64,000 nucleotides of DNA from Chlorokybus atmophyticus (taxonomy: Eukaryota; Plantae; Mesostigma and Chlorokybus algae). Numbering within the stretch: position 1 is the first letter of the stretch; the number at the start of each line of letters is the position of its first letter. Positions 62,601 through 64,000 of this stretch are shown here, one piece after another. Below the pieces are notes generated by a model. It had not been told where the DNA came from. It worked only from the letters and a program-made list of their open reading frames with translations, and searched no databases. Position numbers and translations under genes: made by a program. The stretch lies in the NCBI GenBank assembly GCA_009103225.1, contig RHPI01000890.1, forward strand, positions 275,579 through 339,578, in the 5' to 3' direction.

Positions 62601-64000
62601 GCATGTTTGATTGCTTCTTGAGACCGGCTTTCAATGCGGTACAATCTTGCTTGGTTTGGCTCTTCCCAGCATTGTGCACAGCAGTTTGCATGCTGATGTT
62701 GACTGCCTGCTGAGGTATCCTGCTTGCTATCATGACGTACAAGTGGACTGAATGCTGTTGTAGCTGCTGAAACTGTCGTGGCTGTCGTCGCTCGAGTAAG
62801 AATCTGTCTCTGTGCCATCCCCTCGTGCTGTTGCGGGTGCCGGTGTATGCATATCGTCTTCGTCGTCATCATCTTCGCTGGAGCTATCCTCGCTGAGCCC
62901 CTGAGTGCTGGTGTCGCTGGCATCGTGCTCAGTGCGCATGGGCGTCCCTGCAACCCCTTCAGGTAAGGAATTGTACATCTTATTGATGTTAAGTGCCTCT
63001 GCTTGATACGCTGTGCTTTTGCATGATTGACATGTTCATGTAACGACGGCTGTGCGTGTGTAATTGCACCTGTGGGTGTGGCCGTTGTTGCAGTCTGCGT
63101 GGGCATTGTGGCGCTGTTGTTGTTGAGGCAGTTGAGGCAACGACATGCTGTGGAGCACATTGTTCCAGCACGCTTGCATTTGCACTGATTGCCCTTGCAC
63201 CCACTTTTCTTGCACCCGCATCCTCGCAGGAGAAGACTCCTCCGCTGGCGTGCGGAGGCCATGTTGTCGGGGGTGTCCATCTCGGCCTTGTAACACCCCT
63301 CCTCCAGTATATAACCATATGCTTCCAGGTCTGGCATGTTGAGTGTGGTGCTGCATGCTTGCATCCACATGTTGAACACCCACACGGACCTGAGGCAATG
63401 AAGGCGCAGGGCTTCCACGGTTGGCATGCGATCTGGCTCTTTCCAGATCGTGTGCCAGCTGCCATTGTGTATTGCCTGCAACCATTGGCTAATGGCAGAG
63501 TGTGATTCCGTGTCCCCGCTTAGGCCATTAACCTCCACAAACAAGGCTGCAGGACTGGTGGCCTGGAAACACCTGCGATGCTTCATGAAGTACGCGCTCC
63601 CAATCAGGCGCAGGTACATTGCAATGTCTGTGCTGGCATCAAATTCACCAGCGGTCTGTGTTTGAATGGTAGTGATAAACTCAGTGTTTTGCATTAGGAC
63701 CTCCTCCCAAAAGTACACTTTGCTGAGTCCAGCAAAAAATGACGTATAGTCGCAGCCTGTGCCTGCGAACAGTTTCAGCATGAAGCGCGCTCTCTCTTCC
63801 TGAGGTATGAAGCGCAATTGTGGGCTGCTTTGCGTTGCGGACAACAGCAGATTCAGGTTGATGAAGGGTGGGCGGCTGGAAGCAGCGCTGGAAGAGGCAA
63901 GCTGGATATGTACTTGCTTATGTTTACCTGGTGTTTCCCTCCAGCTTTCTATCATTGCCAACCCTATCATTGTCGTGTCTGTATCAGGGCTGTAAATGAG
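62471..64000 (-). mobile_element. C-terminal part of a probable Academ (AcademX-type) transposase: XPG/FEN1-like nuclease + Cys-rich CXC zinc finger; ORF runs off the window edge
   Basis: The frame is open to base 64000: LIYSPDTD (XPG S.D.D motif), LFAGTGCDYTSFFAGLSK (H3TH GCDY motif), MPTVEALRLHCLRSVWVFNMW, and GCGCKKSGCKGNQCKCKRAGTMCSTACRCLNC. Confidence 0.72.

Noticed and set aside
62471-64000. Host TSO1/tesmin transcription factor or FEN1/XPG repair gene
   Set aside because: A single CXC cluster directly after XPG-type motifs in a long intron-poor ORF fits neither host gene layout.

Overview
This is eukaryotic, intron-rich (GT-AG) nuclear DNA from the green lineage. It encodes plastid-pathway genes (IspD, a CP12-like protein, a CBM48 protein) and an RLK/Pelle receptor kinase, which suggests a streptophyte alga (inference only). 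It is a draft assembly with three N-gaps flanked by G/C-rich low-complexity runs. Host genes in order: 3' exons of ispD; a Cache-like/HAMP hybrid histidine kinase with two receivers; IMP1 peptidase; a GH27 alpha-galactosidase with a C-terminal membrane anchor; a tandem, cysteine-poor CP12-like protein; a receptor kinase with an LRR + 2x C-type lectin + WSC ectodomain; a CIR1-like zinc-knuckle protein; and a large acidic CBM48 protein. Mobile DNA: a complete but decayed, intron-containing pogo/Tigger element; two divergent decayed Penelope-like RTs; an RLE-type non-LTR fragment; a 5'-truncated Ty3/gypsy element with its 3' LTR; an orphan multi-exon gene next to a 53-bp array; several hairpin-repeat families; and the XPG + Cys-rich end of a probable Academ-type transposase. 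The most unusual items are the receptor kinase architecture, the tandem CP12, the Academ-like ORF and the bacterial-style histidine kinase. Exon structures and domain calls were read by eye and no database search was run.
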